Position numbers and translations under genes: made by a program
Shown here: one piece after another, positions 45,109 through 55,384 of the stretch
Numbering within the stretch: the first letter of the stretch is position 1
How the letters are laid out: each line of letters opens with the position of its first letter
Source of the DNA: a bacterium
GTDB taxonomy: Bacteria; Verrucomicrobiota; Kiritimatiellia; CAIKKV01; CAITUY01
Direction of reading: 5' to 3'
NCBI GenBank assembly: GCA_037134355.1
Contig: JBAXMJ010000001.1
Span: forward strand, 16,951 to 80,950
DNA length: 64,000 nucleotides
Notes under the pieces: generated by a model
What the model was told of the DNA's origin: nothing
The model's input: only the letters and a program-made list of their open reading frames with translations
Database searches by the model: none

Positions 45109-46490
45109 TCACCATTCTTCTTAAAAAACGCCTCATACAGGGCCTGAACCGCCTTTTTCCGATCCATGGCTTTGACGCCGAACATCATGCTGATTTCCGA
45201 AGAACCCTGGTTCTGCATCTCGATATTCACGCCAGCATTTGCCAGAGCCGTGGTTGCCCGCGCCGCCACACCCACCGTGTAATGCATCCCCTCGCCCACG
45301 ATCATGACCAGAGCGAGTCCGCGGTCGAGGTCGATATTATCCGATCCAAGCTCAGTCCGGATCCGGGAGAGCACACGGTCCTCCGCTTCCTTGGTAAAAT
45401 CCTTTTCCCGGAAAATCACGGAGATGTTGTCAATTCCCGAGGGCGAATGTTCATAAGACAGCCCCTCCTCTTCCATGATCTGGAGCAATCGCCGACCGAA
45501 CCCCACTTCGCGGTTCATCATATACTTGTCTACATAAACCGCGCAGAAGCCGTCCGCGCTGGCGATCCCGACCACTGCCCCGCCCGCATATTTCCGGTTT
45601 GGAACGATGCGAGTACCGGGTGCCTCTGGGCGGTTTGTATTTTTCACGCAAATCGGAATCTTGGCATGCACGGCGGGAATGATGGCTTCATCATGAAACA
45701 CGCCGAACCCGGCGTAGGCCAGTTCGCGCATTTCCCGGTAGGTCAACAATTCTATCGGCGCGGCATCGGGAACAATACGCGGATCAGCCGAATACACGGA
45801 GTCGACATCAGTGAAATTCTCATACAGGTCGGCCTGCACCGCCGCCGCCAGGATGGCCCCGGTGATATCCGAACCGCCGCGGGGAAACGTAGCCACCGCG
45901 CCTGAGGTCGTATATCCAAAAAAGCCCGGGAAAATGCTGATACCGGGAGCCGTTTTCAGGGATGCCAGTTTCGCATAAGATTCCTGAAGCACCATGGCGT
46001 TTCCGAAGTCGTCGCTCAACAACATCCCCGCAGACTTGGGGTTCACATAATGCGCATCCAGGCCGTTCATGCGGAATATTTCGGCCACGAGCTTAGCGCT
46101 GTTATCCTCGCCCGCCGCCTTCATCAAATCCAGAAAACGGCCGCGATGCGAACAATCGGAAGCCAGCCGGCCGCGCAGGTCGGTTTCAATTTCACGAATC
46201 ACGGCGTCCCCGACGCCCGCGTCCCGCTGGATCTCGGCGTAGCGTTCCACAATGGCCTTCAACTCCGCATCTGCCGGCCGGCCAGCCAGCCTCGCCTCGG
46301 CGCAGGCAATCAGCATGTCGGTCACCTTGGTGTCGTCAGACCGGCGTTTACCCGGCGCCGAGACCACCACAATCCGGCGATCAGCATCCATTTTGATAAT
46401 GGAACAGACCTTCAGGATCTGGACGGCATCCGACACAGAAGAGCCACCGAACTTCGCCACCTTTAGCCCGCATTTCAATTTCGCTGTCAT
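45105..46490 (-). CDS. lysC: Aspartate kinase
   Basis: 'VAKFGGSSV' motif, ACT domains. Start MTAKLK overlaps the hom stop by 4 nt. Confidence 0.85.
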   Translation of the reverse strand: MTAKLKCGLKVAKFGGSSVSDAVQILKVCSIIKMDADRRIVVVSAPGKRRSDDTKVTDMLIACAEARLAGRPADAELKAIVERYAEIQRDAGVGDAVIREIETDLRGRLASDCSHRGRFLDLMKAAGEDNSAKLVAEIFRMNGLDAHYVNPKSAGMLLSDDFGNAMVLQESYAKLASLKTAPGISIFPGFFGYTTSGAVATFPRGGSDITGAILAAAVQADLYENFTDVDSVYSADPRIVPDAAPIELLTYREMRELAYAGFGVFHDEAIIPAVHAKIPICVKNTNRPEAPGTRIVPNRKYAGGAVVGIASADGFCAVYVDKYMMNREVGFGRRLLQIMEEEGLSYEHSPSGIDNISVIFREKDFTKEAEDRVLSRIRTELGSDNIDLDRGLALVMIVGEGMHYTVGVAARATTALANAGVNIEMQNQGSSEISMMFGVKAMDRKKAVQALYEAFFKKNGE

Positions 46491-47803
46491 GATGCTTTCT
46501 CGATTCCCGGATCCTCGATCCGTAAACATACTGCCTTAGCCCCCAAAGCCTGGCGATCCTCCAGGATCCGCAAGGCCTCCATAATATTCTTCTCCACTGC
46601 GCGGTGCGTCAGGATTACCACGGACACATGGCGTCCCGACCGGTTCGGCTCCTTCTGGAGGATGGATGCCAGGCTGATTCCGTACTGTCCCAAAACCGTA
46701 GCCACGACGCCGAGAATACCCGGCTTATCGAGAAGGGACAGGCGCAGGTAATAGCGGCATTCCACCTTGCCCATAGGGCGGAAGGTAATTGTTCCGGACG
46801 GACTGGCCGGACTGTAACGTGCCTTTCGACCGCCGTCGGCCAGAATACGCGCCACTTCAGCCAGATCGCTTACCACGGCGCTGGCCGTTGGCAACCGCCC
46901 AGCCCCGCGCCCGGTGTAAACGGTCTGACCGACAATATCCCCATCAACCACCACGGCGTTGAAAACCCCCATGACCGAGGACAGCATGTGATCGTGAGGA
47001 ACAAGGGTTGGATGAACCCGGACTTCCACTTCACCACCCGCCGCCTTGATCACCGCCAATTGTTTCACGCGGTACCCGAAATCACGTGCGTACTCGATGT
47101 CCGCCTTATTCAGGCCGCGGATCCCTTCCACATGAATCTTCTCCATCGGCACTTGGACACCATAGGCCAGGGAAGCCAGAATGGCGGCCTTGTGCGCGGT
47201 GTCGAATCCGTCAATGTCCAGTCCGGGATCCGCCTCCGCGTACCCGGCGGCCTGTGCCTCCTTCAGAGCATGCTCGAAGGTCACCTGTTCCCGCTCCATT
47301 TTGGTCAGGATATAGTTGCAGGTGCCATTCAGAATTCCAAAAATGCGGTCAATCCGGTTGGCCACCAGGCCTTCCCTCAAGGCACGGATAATCGGAACGC
47401 CGCCGGCAACGCTGGCCTCAAACCAGACCCCGGTATTGTTCGCGGCAGCCAGGGCAAAGATCTCACCGCCATGATCGGCAAGAAGCGCCTTGTTAGCCGT
47501 GATCACTGGTTTTCCGAGACGCAATGCGCGCAGGACGAAATCTTTGGCCAGGGTGGTGCCGCCGACCAGTTCAATCACGACATCCACCGCCGGGTCATCA
47601 ATCAGGGCCGCGGCATCCCGGGTCAGAAGGGACCGGTCAACCGTGACGCCCCGATCACGATCCAAATCCACATCCGCGATGCGTCGCAGCACAAGCTTCA
47701 CCCCGATGCGTCCGGCCAGGAGGTCTCCATTGCACTGAAGCGCCTCGACTACGCCCGCGCCAACGGTGCCAAATCCAAGAAGTCCAATTCCAATTTCTTT
47801 CAT
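46487..47803 (-). CDS. hom: Homoserine dehydrogenase
   Basis: 'IGLLGFGTVGAGV' NAD motif, C-terminal ACT. Confidence 0.85.
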   Translation of the reverse strand: MKEIGIGLLGFGTVGAGVVEALQCNGDLLAGRIGVKLVLRRIADVDLDRDRGVTVDRSLLTRDAAALIDDPAVDVVIELVGGTTLAKDFVLRALRLGKPVITANKALLADHGGEIFALAAANNTGVWFEASVAGGVPIIRALREGLVANRIDRIFGILNGTCNYILTKMEREQVTFEHALKEAQAAGYAEADPGLDIDGFDTAHKAAILASLAYGVQVPMEKIHVEGIRGLNKADIEYARDFGYRVKQLAVIKAAGGEVEVRVHPTLVPHDHMLSSVMGVFNAVVVDGDIVGQTVYTGRGAGRLPTASAVVSDLAEVARILADGGRKARYSPASPSGTITFRPMGKVECRYYLRLSLLDKPGILGVVATVLGQYGISLASILQKEPNRSGRHVSVVILTHRAVEKNIMEALRILEDRQALGAKAVCLRIEDPGIEKAS

Positions 47804-47907
47804 GATGCATTCCTCATCCTTCGAACCGGGCGATACTCTATAAGGAATCACGCCGGAAACAAGAATAAAGGCCGCATCGAAAGGAATTTTGAGCGCCTGG
47901 GGGAGCC

Positions 47908-48129
47908 TTAGGCGACGATTACTGCCAGTGGATTGGATTTTCCACAATGCGGACAGCGGTAGGTTTCCGAATTCGGATTCTTGTCCTGCTCAGACAACAT
48001 CAGGCCGCACTTGCAGTTGCCTCTGAAACGACGTATCACAAGAGTTTTTGCCAAAGCGCGCGCAAGGTCCTCTTTGCCGGTTTTGATTTCAGCTTCCCGA
48101 CGACAAAGAATAGCTTCCTGACTTTTCAT
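47908..48129 (-). CDS. Small zinc-ribbon protein (hypothetical)
   Basis: 73 aa; 'CKCG...CPHCG' pairs. Upstream of hom on the same strand. Confidence 0.3.
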   Translation of the reverse strand: MKSQEAILCRREAEIKTGKEDLARALAKTLVIRRFRGNCKCGLMLSEQDKNPNSETYRCPHCGKSNPLAVIVA

Positions 48130-48321
48130 AACGACTCCAATTCTGCAATGGCATCAGCTCAGACCGGTGCGTTGTGCATGGTTTCTGACGGGAGACCCGC
48201 CTCTCATGTGATTTTCTATTGGCTGACTATGCCACATATAGGCCTGAATCACCAGAGGATTCTCACACAGGCTGTTGAGCTTGCCTCTCTGACGCGTTCC
48301 TTGTCATACTCGCACTTATAT

Positions 48322-48882
48322 ATGAACCACTCTACTGAACACCCCATTGCCTCTGACGAAGTTATCATTTATGCCGACGGGGCGGCTTCGCCCAATCCCG
48401 GAAAAGGTGGTTATGGAGTTGTCATCATCCAGAACGGTTGTCGACATGAACTCTCTGGCGGCTTCCGCGCCACGACCAACAACCGGATGGAACTGATGGG
48501 GGCGATTGTGGGACTCCGGGCGATTTCCTCTTGCGAAGGCAACAAGGAAAAAGTGGTTCTTTATAGTGACGCCAAGTATGTGGTGGACATGTTTAACGAG
48601 GGGCATGCCTTGAAATGGCGCAAAAATGGATGGACTCGAAGCAATGGCCGTGAAAAAGCCCGTAACCCCGACCAATGGAATGAACTATTGACTCTGGCAG
48701 AACGCCATGACGTCAGGATGGTGTGGGTCAAGGGCCACGCCGATAACCAGGAGAATGCCCACTGCGATGAATTGGCAGTCGCGGCCAGACAAGCGGATGA
48801 TCTACCTGCCGATGAAGGGTTTGAAAACTCCACAACCCCCACCCGACATATTGCTTCGCAACAAACCCTTTTCGATTGGTAA
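48322..48882 (+). CDS. rnhA: Ribonuclease HI
   Basis: 'IYADGAASPNPGKGGYG', 'RMEL', 'YSDAKYV', 'HADNQENAHCDELA' catalytic DEDD. The ORF-track N-terminal extension was rejected. Confidence 0.8.
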   Translation: MNHSTEHPIASDEVIIYADGAASPNPGKGGYGVVIIQNGCRHELSGGFRATTNNRMELMGAIVGLRAISSCEGNKEKVVLYSDAKYVVDMFNEGHALKWRKNGWTRSNGREKARNPDQWNELLTLAERHDVRMVWVKGHADNQENAHCDELAVAARQADDLPADEGFENSTTPTRHIASQQTLFDW

Positions 48883-48967
48883 AGCCCGAATTATCGCTGG
48901 AAGAATGGATAGGATTTTGTTATCAGGACTGACCAGAACCTTCAAGAGGAAGTTTGGAGGCACATCC

Positions 48968-51742
48968 ATGAATACTCGACTGAACACATTAGGCGATGAA
49001 AAGTGCTCGCCCGAGGAACTCCTGACTCTCCGGAAACGCGAAGAACACCTCCGCATCACACTGGCGTCCATCGGCGATGCCGTCATTGCCACGGACGACA
49101 AAGGACGAGTCACCACCATGAACCCGGTGGCCGAAACCTTGACTGGGTGGACCGAAAAGAATGCCCTAGGCAAAGACTTGCACGATGTTTTCCACATTAT
49201 CAACGCCAAAACACGGGAAAAGGTTGAAAATCCAATTTCTCTTGTGCTAGCCAGTAAAAAAACTGTCGGCCTGGCTAACCACACGATCCTTATTTCAAAA
49301 GAAGGCGCCGAGTACCAAATCGCCGACTCTGCGGCACCCATTAAAGATATAAAGGGTCATATCTCAGGCGTCATCCTTGTTTTTAGGGATGTCACCCGGG
49401 AGTACAGGGCGGAAGAGGCACTTCGGGAAAGCGAAAGCCGCTATAGGGGACTAATTGATCTCGCTGTTGATGGAATACTTCTCGGAAACCAAAAGGGTCT
49501 TATTACAGAGGCCAATCAGTGCATGTGCACAATAACGGGCATGGCCAAGCATGAGCTTATTGGACGACACATCACTGATTTACCTTTCACGCAAAAGAGT
49601 CTCCTCGCCACTCCACTCCGCTTTGATCGTTTGCAAAAAGGCGAAATTGTTATTAGCGAGCGCGTGCTGATTCGCCCCGATGGCTCTGAAGTAATTGTCG
49701 AGATGCGATCCAAGATGATGCCCGACGGCACCTATCAGTCCATCTATCGCGATGTATCCGAACGCAAAAGGGCCGCCAAATTCCTGAAGCTGATTCTAGA
49801 CAATATTCCCGATTACGTTTTTTGGAAAGACCGGAATTCCGTCTTTCTAGGCTGCAACAACAATGTTGCCAGAGCCGCCGGCCTGAGCTCCCCTGACGAA
49901 ATAATCGGCAAAACCGACTTCGATCTCGGCTGGAAAAAGGAAGAGTCCGACTTCTTTGTCGCCACTGATCGCCGGATCATGAAGAGTAATACAGCCGAGT
50001 ATCACATTATTGAGCCACAACTTCAGGCAGACGGCAAACAGGCCTGGCTCGATACCTGTAAAATTCCACTCCATGACGAACAAGGCCATGTCATAGGCAT
50101 TTTAGGCTCATTTGTCGATATCACCGAGCGAAAGAAAATGGAAGAAGCACTTCGCGAAAGCGAATCCTCCCTTCACACCATTCTGCAATCCACAGCCGAC
50201 GGAATTCTGGCTGTCGACAGCGAAAACAAGGTTTTAAGCGCCAATGCTCGGTTTGCTGAAATGTGGAATATACCACCTGCGTTGACCGCCAGTCGGAATG
50301 ACGCCGCCCTCCTTCACCATGTTCTTGATCAACTGATCAATCCGCAAGAATTTCTTGAAAAAGTTCAGGACGTTTACAAATCAACGGAAGACAGTTTTGA
50401 CACCTTGTCTTTCAAGGATGGACGGGTGTTTGAGCGGTTATCGCGCCCCCTCATTCGTGAAAACAAGCCGAATGGCAGAGTGTGGTCATTTCGCGACGTA
50501 ACGACGCGAAAAATTGCGGAGGAGCGTGAAAAAGAGTTTCTTGTTAAGTTGGAACGAAGCGCAAGATTGGAATCATTGGGTGTACTTGCTGGAGGAGTGG
50601 CGCATGACCTGAATAATATTCTAGGCCCCGTTGTTGCTCTGCCGGATGTTGCAATCGAGTACATTCGTCGGCACGGAAATCCAGTCGACCCAGATCACGC
50701 CGCAACACTGGATTCACTGCATATGATGAAGTCTTCAGCGTTACGGGCGGCGAGTGTCGTCAGTGACCTGGTGGTATTAGGTAGACGGGCACAGTTCCAG
50801 AAAAAGTCATCGAATATAAATCGGGTTGCGGAATACCTTCTGAAGTCAAAGCAAATTCAGGCCATGCAGGCCAAACGACCCGACGTGCAAATATCAAACC
50901 ATTTGTCTCCCGCGTCCCTCTGGTGCCAGGGCTCAGAATCGAGACTAACACGAATCCTGGAGAATTTGACAAACAATGCCGCGGAGGCGATCTCCGAAAA
51001 AGGCGAGATCATTATTAGCACCAGCCGGACAAGATTTGAAACCCCCTATCAGGGGTACGAACTGATCCCGGCGGGAGAGTATGTCGCGCTCGAAGTCAAA
51101 GATACAGGGTGCGGCATAGACGCTAAAACCATTGCCAGGATCTTTGAGCCGTTCTTTTCAACAAAATCACCTACTGAACGAAGTGGCAGCGGCTTGGGCC
51201 TCTCCGTAGTGCATGGACTGGTAAAGGATCATGCCGGATATCTGGATGTGAAAAGTTCACCCGGCAAGGGGGCAACCTTTACTGTTTTCCTGCCAGCCGT
51301 CCCTGAGGAAAAAGAAGACGAGATTCCTCCTGAAGTCGCCATAAGTCGCCTGCCGGGAGGGACCGAACGGATCCTGGTCGTGGATGATGAGCCGGGGCAG
51401 AGATTCTTGACCCAGATGTATTTGACGAAAATGGGATACGCCTCAACCGTGGTATCCACGGGGACAGAAGCGGTGGCACTATTTGAAACAGCAGGACGAG
51501 AAGGCAAAGCATCGCCATTCGACTTGGTCTTGACGGATATGGTCATGGAGGGATTGGATGGACTGGCCACCTGTAGGCTGATCCGCAAACTGTATCCGAC
51601 ACAAGAACTGGTCATCATGAGCGGCCAGGTCCCGGACGGATATGCACCTCAAATCAAAGAATTGGCCGCCGAATGGCTAAATAAACCCTTTACGCCCATT
51701 GAACTGGCCCGAGCCATCCGGCTTCGAATGGATCGGCACTAA
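48968..51742 (+). CDS. Hybrid sensor histidine kinase / response regulator with multiple PAS domains
   Basis: Four PAS-like segments, HisKA 'AHDLNNILGPV', HATPase_c, C-terminal receiver 'ILVVDDE...DLVLTDMVM'. Confidence 0.8.
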   Translation: MNTRLNTLGDEKCSPEELLTLRKREEHLRITLASIGDAVIATDDKGRVTTMNPVAETLTGWTEKNALGKDLHDVFHIINAKTREKVENPISLVLASKKTVGLANHTILISKEGAEYQIADSAAPIKDIKGHISGVILVFRDVTREYRAEEALRESESRYRGLIDLAVDGILLGNQKGLITEANQCMCTITGMAKHELIGRHITDLPFTQKSLLATPLRFDRLQKGEIVISERVLIRPDGSEVIVEMRSKMMPDGTYQSIYRDVSERKRAAKFLKLILDNIPDYVFWKDRNSVFLGCNNNVARAAGLSSPDEIIGKTDFDLGWKKEESDFFVATDRRIMKSNTAEYHIIEPQLQADGKQAWLDTCKIPLHDEQGHVIGILGSFVDITERKKMEEALRESESSLHTILQSTADGILAVDSENKVLSANARFAEMWNIPPALTASRNDAALLHHVLDQLINPQEFLEKVQDVYKSTEDSFDTLSFKDGRVFERLSRPLIRENKPNGRVWSFRDVTTRKIAEEREKEFLVKLERSARLESLGVLAGGVAHDLNNILGPVVALPDVAIEYIRRHGNPVDPDHAATLDSLHMMKSSALRAASVVSDLVVLGRRAQFQKKSSNINRVAEYLLKSKQIQAMQAKRPDVQISNHLSPASLWCQGSESRLTRILENLTNNAAEAISEKGEIIISTSRTRFETPYQGYELIPAGEYVALEVKDTGCGIDAKTIARIFEPFFSTKSPTERSGSGLGLSVVHGLVKDHAGYLDVKSSPGKGATFTVFLPAVPEEKEDEIPPEVAISRLPGGTERILVVDDEPGQRFLTQMYLTKMGYASTVVSTGTEAVALFETAGREGKASPFDLVLTDMVMEGLDGLATCRLIRKLYPTQELVIMSGQVPDGYAPQIKELAAEWLNKPFTPIELARAIRLRMDRH

Positions 51743-51747
51743 CCCTG

Positions 51748-52443
51748 TCACCCGCGCCACCACCGGTCGAAATACGCCGGCGCGTCGGCTTCAAACATCA
51801 TACGCTGCCCGGTGAAGGGATGATCGATAGCGATCGACCTGGCGTGCAGGGCAAGGAATTTATGGGAATCATGAGATCGCCCGTATTTATCATCACCCAC
51901 AACCGGATGGCCCAACTCAGACAGGTGAACCCGGATCTGGTGCTTCCGCCCGGTCAATAGCGTAATATCCAGCACACTGAACGCAGGCGTCTCTCGGATC
52001 ACCCGATAGGCCGTATGGGATATCAACCCTTTTGCAGGATCAGGGGTTGAATAGACCCTGAAAGCAGTATTTTCAGTCAAATATGAGGTCAGTGTCCCTT
52101 CTTTTCGAGTCAAAATCCCATGGACTACCGCGAAGTAGTGCTTCTCGGTCGTCTCCCAGTGAGCCTGCAATTGCCTCTTGGCCGTTTCCGTCCGCGCAAA
52201 TACCAGAACCCCTGAGGTATCGCGATCCAATCGGTGAACAATAAAGACTCGCTCCCGCGATTTCGCAGTACCCTTGCGAACATAGTCAGTCAACAGGTAA
52301 TACGCAGTCCGCACCCTGTCGGTCTCCGTAGCAATGGTCAAAAGCCCCGGCGCCTTGTTCACAACAATGATATCACGATCCTCATGGAGGATGGCCAACC
52401 CCTTGGGTTGGCGCCACCGCGAGCGACTATCAGGCTTCGACAT
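51748..52443 (-). CDS. RluA-family pseudouridine synthase
   Basis: 'HRLDRDTSGVLVFA' catalytic Asp motif. Confidence 0.8.
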   Translation of the reverse strand: MSKPDSRSRWRQPKGLAILHEDRDIIVVNKAPGLLTIATETDRVRTAYYLLTDYVRKGTAKSRERVFIVHRLDRDTSGVLVFARTETAKRQLQAHWETTEKHYFAVVHGILTRKEGTLTSYLTENTAFRVYSTPDPAKGLISHTAYRVIRETPAFSVLDITLLTGRKHQIRVHLSELGHPVVGDDKYGRSHDSHKFLALHARSIAIDHPFTGQRMMFEADAPAYFDRWWRG

Positions 52444-52553
52444 GGCTGTTTTGTACAACCTCAGGCCTTTATAAGAAATAGGTTTTTTCACATCCAGAAC
52501 CTGATGCAAACTTCCACCTTGATTCCTTCCCCCGTCTCTTTCATCCTGTACCC

Positions 52554-53294
52554 ATGAGTTTACGTCAACTACTTCACGCCGTCGCCGGTGGGGAACTGGC
52601 ACCTGATAAGGCGTTTCGCCAACTTGAGGCTGCCCGTGAAAAAAATCTGGGCTACGCCAGAGTGGATACCGACCGCATGCGCCGCAGGGGTTTCCCGGAA
52701 GTCATCTTCTGCCAGGGAAAGACCCCGGAACAAGTCACTGGAATCGTCAAGGCGCTTCATGAGGCCGGCCAGAATGTACTCGCCACCCGCGCCTCACGGG
52801 AGCAGGCAGAAGCAGTGAAAAAAGAATTTCCAAAGAGCCGGTACCATGAAGTCGCCCGCGTGATCACGCTGGAAACACGCAAGCGGATCAGGCCGGCCGG
52901 ATGCGTCGTGGTGTTATCCGCCGGAACCACCGATATCCCCGTAGCAGAGGAATCCGCCCTCGTCGCCGAGGCCATGGGCGCCCGGGTGGTGCGGGTCTAT
53001 GATGTCGGCGTCGCCGGACTTCACCGCCTGCTGCATCAGCTTCCGATTCTCAAGAAGGCGCGGGTGCTGATTGTGGTTGCCGGCATGGAAGGTGCCCTTC
53101 CCTCGGTTGTCGGAGGTCTCACCAACTGCCCCATCATAGCCGTTCCCACCAGCATCGGCTACGGGACCAGCCTTGGCGGAATCACGGCGCTTCTGGCCAT
53201 GCTGAACAGCTGCGTGCCCGGGATCACCGTGGTGAACATCGACAACGGATTTGGTGCAGGCGTTGCGGCGGCGATGATCAACAGGGGAAAGTGA
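52554..53294 (+). CDS. larB: Nickel-pincer cofactor biosynthesis protein LarB (PurE-like carboxylase)
   Basis: PurE-fold 'VVLSAGTTDIPVAEE...VAGMEGALP'; LarB-type N-terminal extension. Confidence 0.7.
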   Translation: MSLRQLLHAVAGGELAPDKAFRQLEAAREKNLGYARVDTDRMRRRGFPEVIFCQGKTPEQVTGIVKALHEAGQNVLATRASREQAEAVKKEFPKSRYHEVARVITLETRKRIRPAGCVVVLSAGTTDIPVAEESALVAEAMGARVVRVYDVGVAGLHRLLHQLPILKKARVLIVVAGMEGALPSVVGGLTNCPIIAVPTSIGYGTSLGGITALLAMLNSCVPGITVVNIDNGFGAGVAAAMINRGK

Positions 53295-54508
53295 AACGTG
53301 AGGAGAGAGACGTGAATCGGGTACTGTGGTTCGACAGTGTGGGCGGTGCAAGCGGGGACATGATCCTGGCCTGCCTCGTCGATCTGGGGGTTCGCCCTGC
53401 GGATCTGAACGAGGCGCTCAGCTCGCTTGGTGATGTCCACCTCTCGCTCGAGGCCCGGCAACACTCAGAACATGGAATGCATGGAACACGGGTCACGGTT
53501 CATGCCCATGAAAGCCATGCCCACGTCCATGCGTCGCACCGTCATCTTTCGGATATTCGCCAGCGCATCCAGCAAAGCGCCGTTTCCGGGACGGTGAAAA
53601 GCCAGAGCATTGCGGTCTTCGAGCGTCTGGCCCATGCTGAAGCACAGGTTCACGGCAAGACCGCGGAAGATATCCATTTTCATGAGGTTGGAGCCCTCGA
53701 TGCCATTCTGGATGTGGTCGGTGCCTGTCAGGCGCTCCACCTCCTGCACATCGATCAAGTAGGATTCTCGCCGCTTCCGCAGGGACATGGCACGATCGAG
53801 TGCGCCCACGGCAGGCTTCCAAACCCCGCACCGGGCACGGTAGAACTGCTTAAGGGCTTTCCGGTCTGCCATGCAGACGAACCCTTTGAACTTGTGACGC
53901 CAACGGGCGCAGCCCTGCTCACAACCTGGAAAACCCTCACCACCTGGCCCGATGGCTGGGTGATCAAGGCGGTTGGCCACGGATTCGGATCCCGTACTCT
54001 CAACCACCGCCCCAACCTACTGCGCGCGACCCTGCTGGAGGCCCCGCCCCCGAAGGTCGAGGATCCGGAAATCTGCCTCGTTCTGGAAACCAATATCGAC
54101 GACACCACTCCTGAGTTGGTTGGGGCGCTCGTTCAAAAACTCATGGCCGACGGGGCTTATGACGCCTTTACCACTGCCATTCAGATGAAAAAACAGAGAC
54201 CCGGCACTTTGCTCACCGTCCTCTGCGCCCCCGATCTCAAGCCGGTCATGTTGGATCTCATCTTCACCGAAAGCACCACGTTCGGCATTCGCGAACACCT
54301 GACCCGTCGAACGATGCTAGAGCGCGAAATCCTGAATGTCGAGACCGCTTACGGGCTGATCCGGGCCAAGATCGGACGCTGGCATGGAACACCCGTTACC
54401 GCCTCGCCAGAGTATGAGGATTGTGTTAAAGCGGCGACCCTCCACAATGTCCCGGTTCGCGTCGTCTATGAGTGCGCACAAACCGAAAGCCGCAAACAAC
54501 TGGAATAG
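53291..54508 (+). CDS. larC: Nickel insertion protein LarC (DUF111)
   Basis: 'VLWFDSVGGASGDM' N-terminus, His-rich 'HAHESHAHVHASHRH' segment. Confidence 0.7.
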   Translation: MKREERDVNRVLWFDSVGGASGDMILACLVDLGVRPADLNEALSSLGDVHLSLEARQHSEHGMHGTRVTVHAHESHAHVHASHRHLSDIRQRIQQSAVSGTVKSQSIAVFERLAHAEAQVHGKTAEDIHFHEVGALDAILDVVGACQALHLLHIDQVGFSPLPQGHGTIECAHGRLPNPAPGTVELLKGFPVCHADEPFELVTPTGAALLTTWKTLTTWPDGWVIKAVGHGFGSRTLNHRPNLLRATLLEAPPPKVEDPEICLVLETNIDDTTPELVGALVQKLMADGAYDAFTTAIQMKKQRPGTLLTVLCAPDLKPVMLDLIFTESTTFGIREHLTRRTMLEREILNVETAYGLIRAKIGRWHGTPVTASPEYEDCVKAATLHNVPVRVVYECAQTESRKQLE

Positions 54509-54514
54509 CACCGG

Positions 54515-55384
54515 TTAGACGTTGGATCCGCGCCAATGGAGTTTCTGGCGCAGGACGGAAAAATAGTTATAGCCGGGAAGATGAATGAACCGGACGCCGT
54601 TTCTGCTTCGGGTAACTCGAACAATATCACCGATTTCAAGGGGTTGTCCGATCTGGCCATCCACAGAGAGTCTCCCCCCGACCACCCGCTCCACAACCTG
54701 GACTTCAATCTTGGATTCATTCGTCAGCACCAGGGGCCGGGTACTCAGGGTATGAGGGCAAATCAGGCTCACCACAACAGCCGGAGAGGTGGGCATCAGC
54801 ACCGGCCCGCCCGCCGACAACGAGTGCCCGGTGCTCCCGGTGGGAGTTGAGACAATCAGACCGTCACAAACAAAATCTCCCACTTCCTGCCCGTCAACTG
54901 ACATCCGGAGTGTTCCCACTCGGGCCCCGCAAAAAATTACCGAATCGTTCAGGGCCTGATATGCGCCCACCACAGCCTCATCACGCAGCACCGAACAATC
55001 CATCATCACTCTGAGAGACGTGGTGTAGTTTTTCTGAACCAGACAATCCAGCGCACGTTCCAAGTCATTCTCGGTAACGCTGGTCATGAAACCCAGAGCG
55101 CCCAGGTTCACGCCAATGACAGGGATGTCGCGGCCATCCAACTCGCGAACCACACGCAACATGGAGCCATCGCCCCCGAGCACCATGACCACATCAGCCT
55201 GCTGGCAAACATCATAGGGGGTCGCCTCGGAATTCAACCCCATCAGGCCGGCCGTCGCGGTGTCGGGGAACAGGGTCAGTCCGAGGGATTTCGCCTTCTT
55301 TCTCAGGCGGGCCAAAACCACAGGGGCCCGTTCTTTTGCACAGTTCGCAATAACACCAAGTGTTTTCATAGTATTTTCCGCCAC
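54515..55384 (-). CDS. nadK: NAD+ kinase
   Basis: 'GGDGSML' and 'NDSV...DGLIVSTPTGSTGHSLSAGGP' motifs. Confidence 0.85.
   Translation of the reverse strand: MAENTMKTLGVIANCAKERAPVVLARLRKKAKSLGLTLFPDTATAGLMGLNSEATPYDVCQQADVVMVLGGDGSMLRVVRELDGRDIPVIGVNLGALGFMTSVTENDLERALDCLVQKNYTTSLRVMMDCSVLRDEAVVGAYQALNDSVIFCGARVGTLRMSVDGQEVGDFVCDGLIVSTPTGSTGHSLSAGGPVLMPTSPAVVVSLICPHTLSTRPLVLTNESKIEVQVVERVVGGRLSVDGQIGQPLEIGDIVRVTRSRNGVRFIHLPGYNYFSVLRQKLHWRGSNV

Noticed and set aside
47947-48321. 125-codon N-terminal extension of the rnhA ORF in the track
   Set aside because: Low-complexity sequence with no RNase H similarity; the conserved RNase HI domain begins at MNHSTEH (48322), so the upstream part is non-coding read-through.
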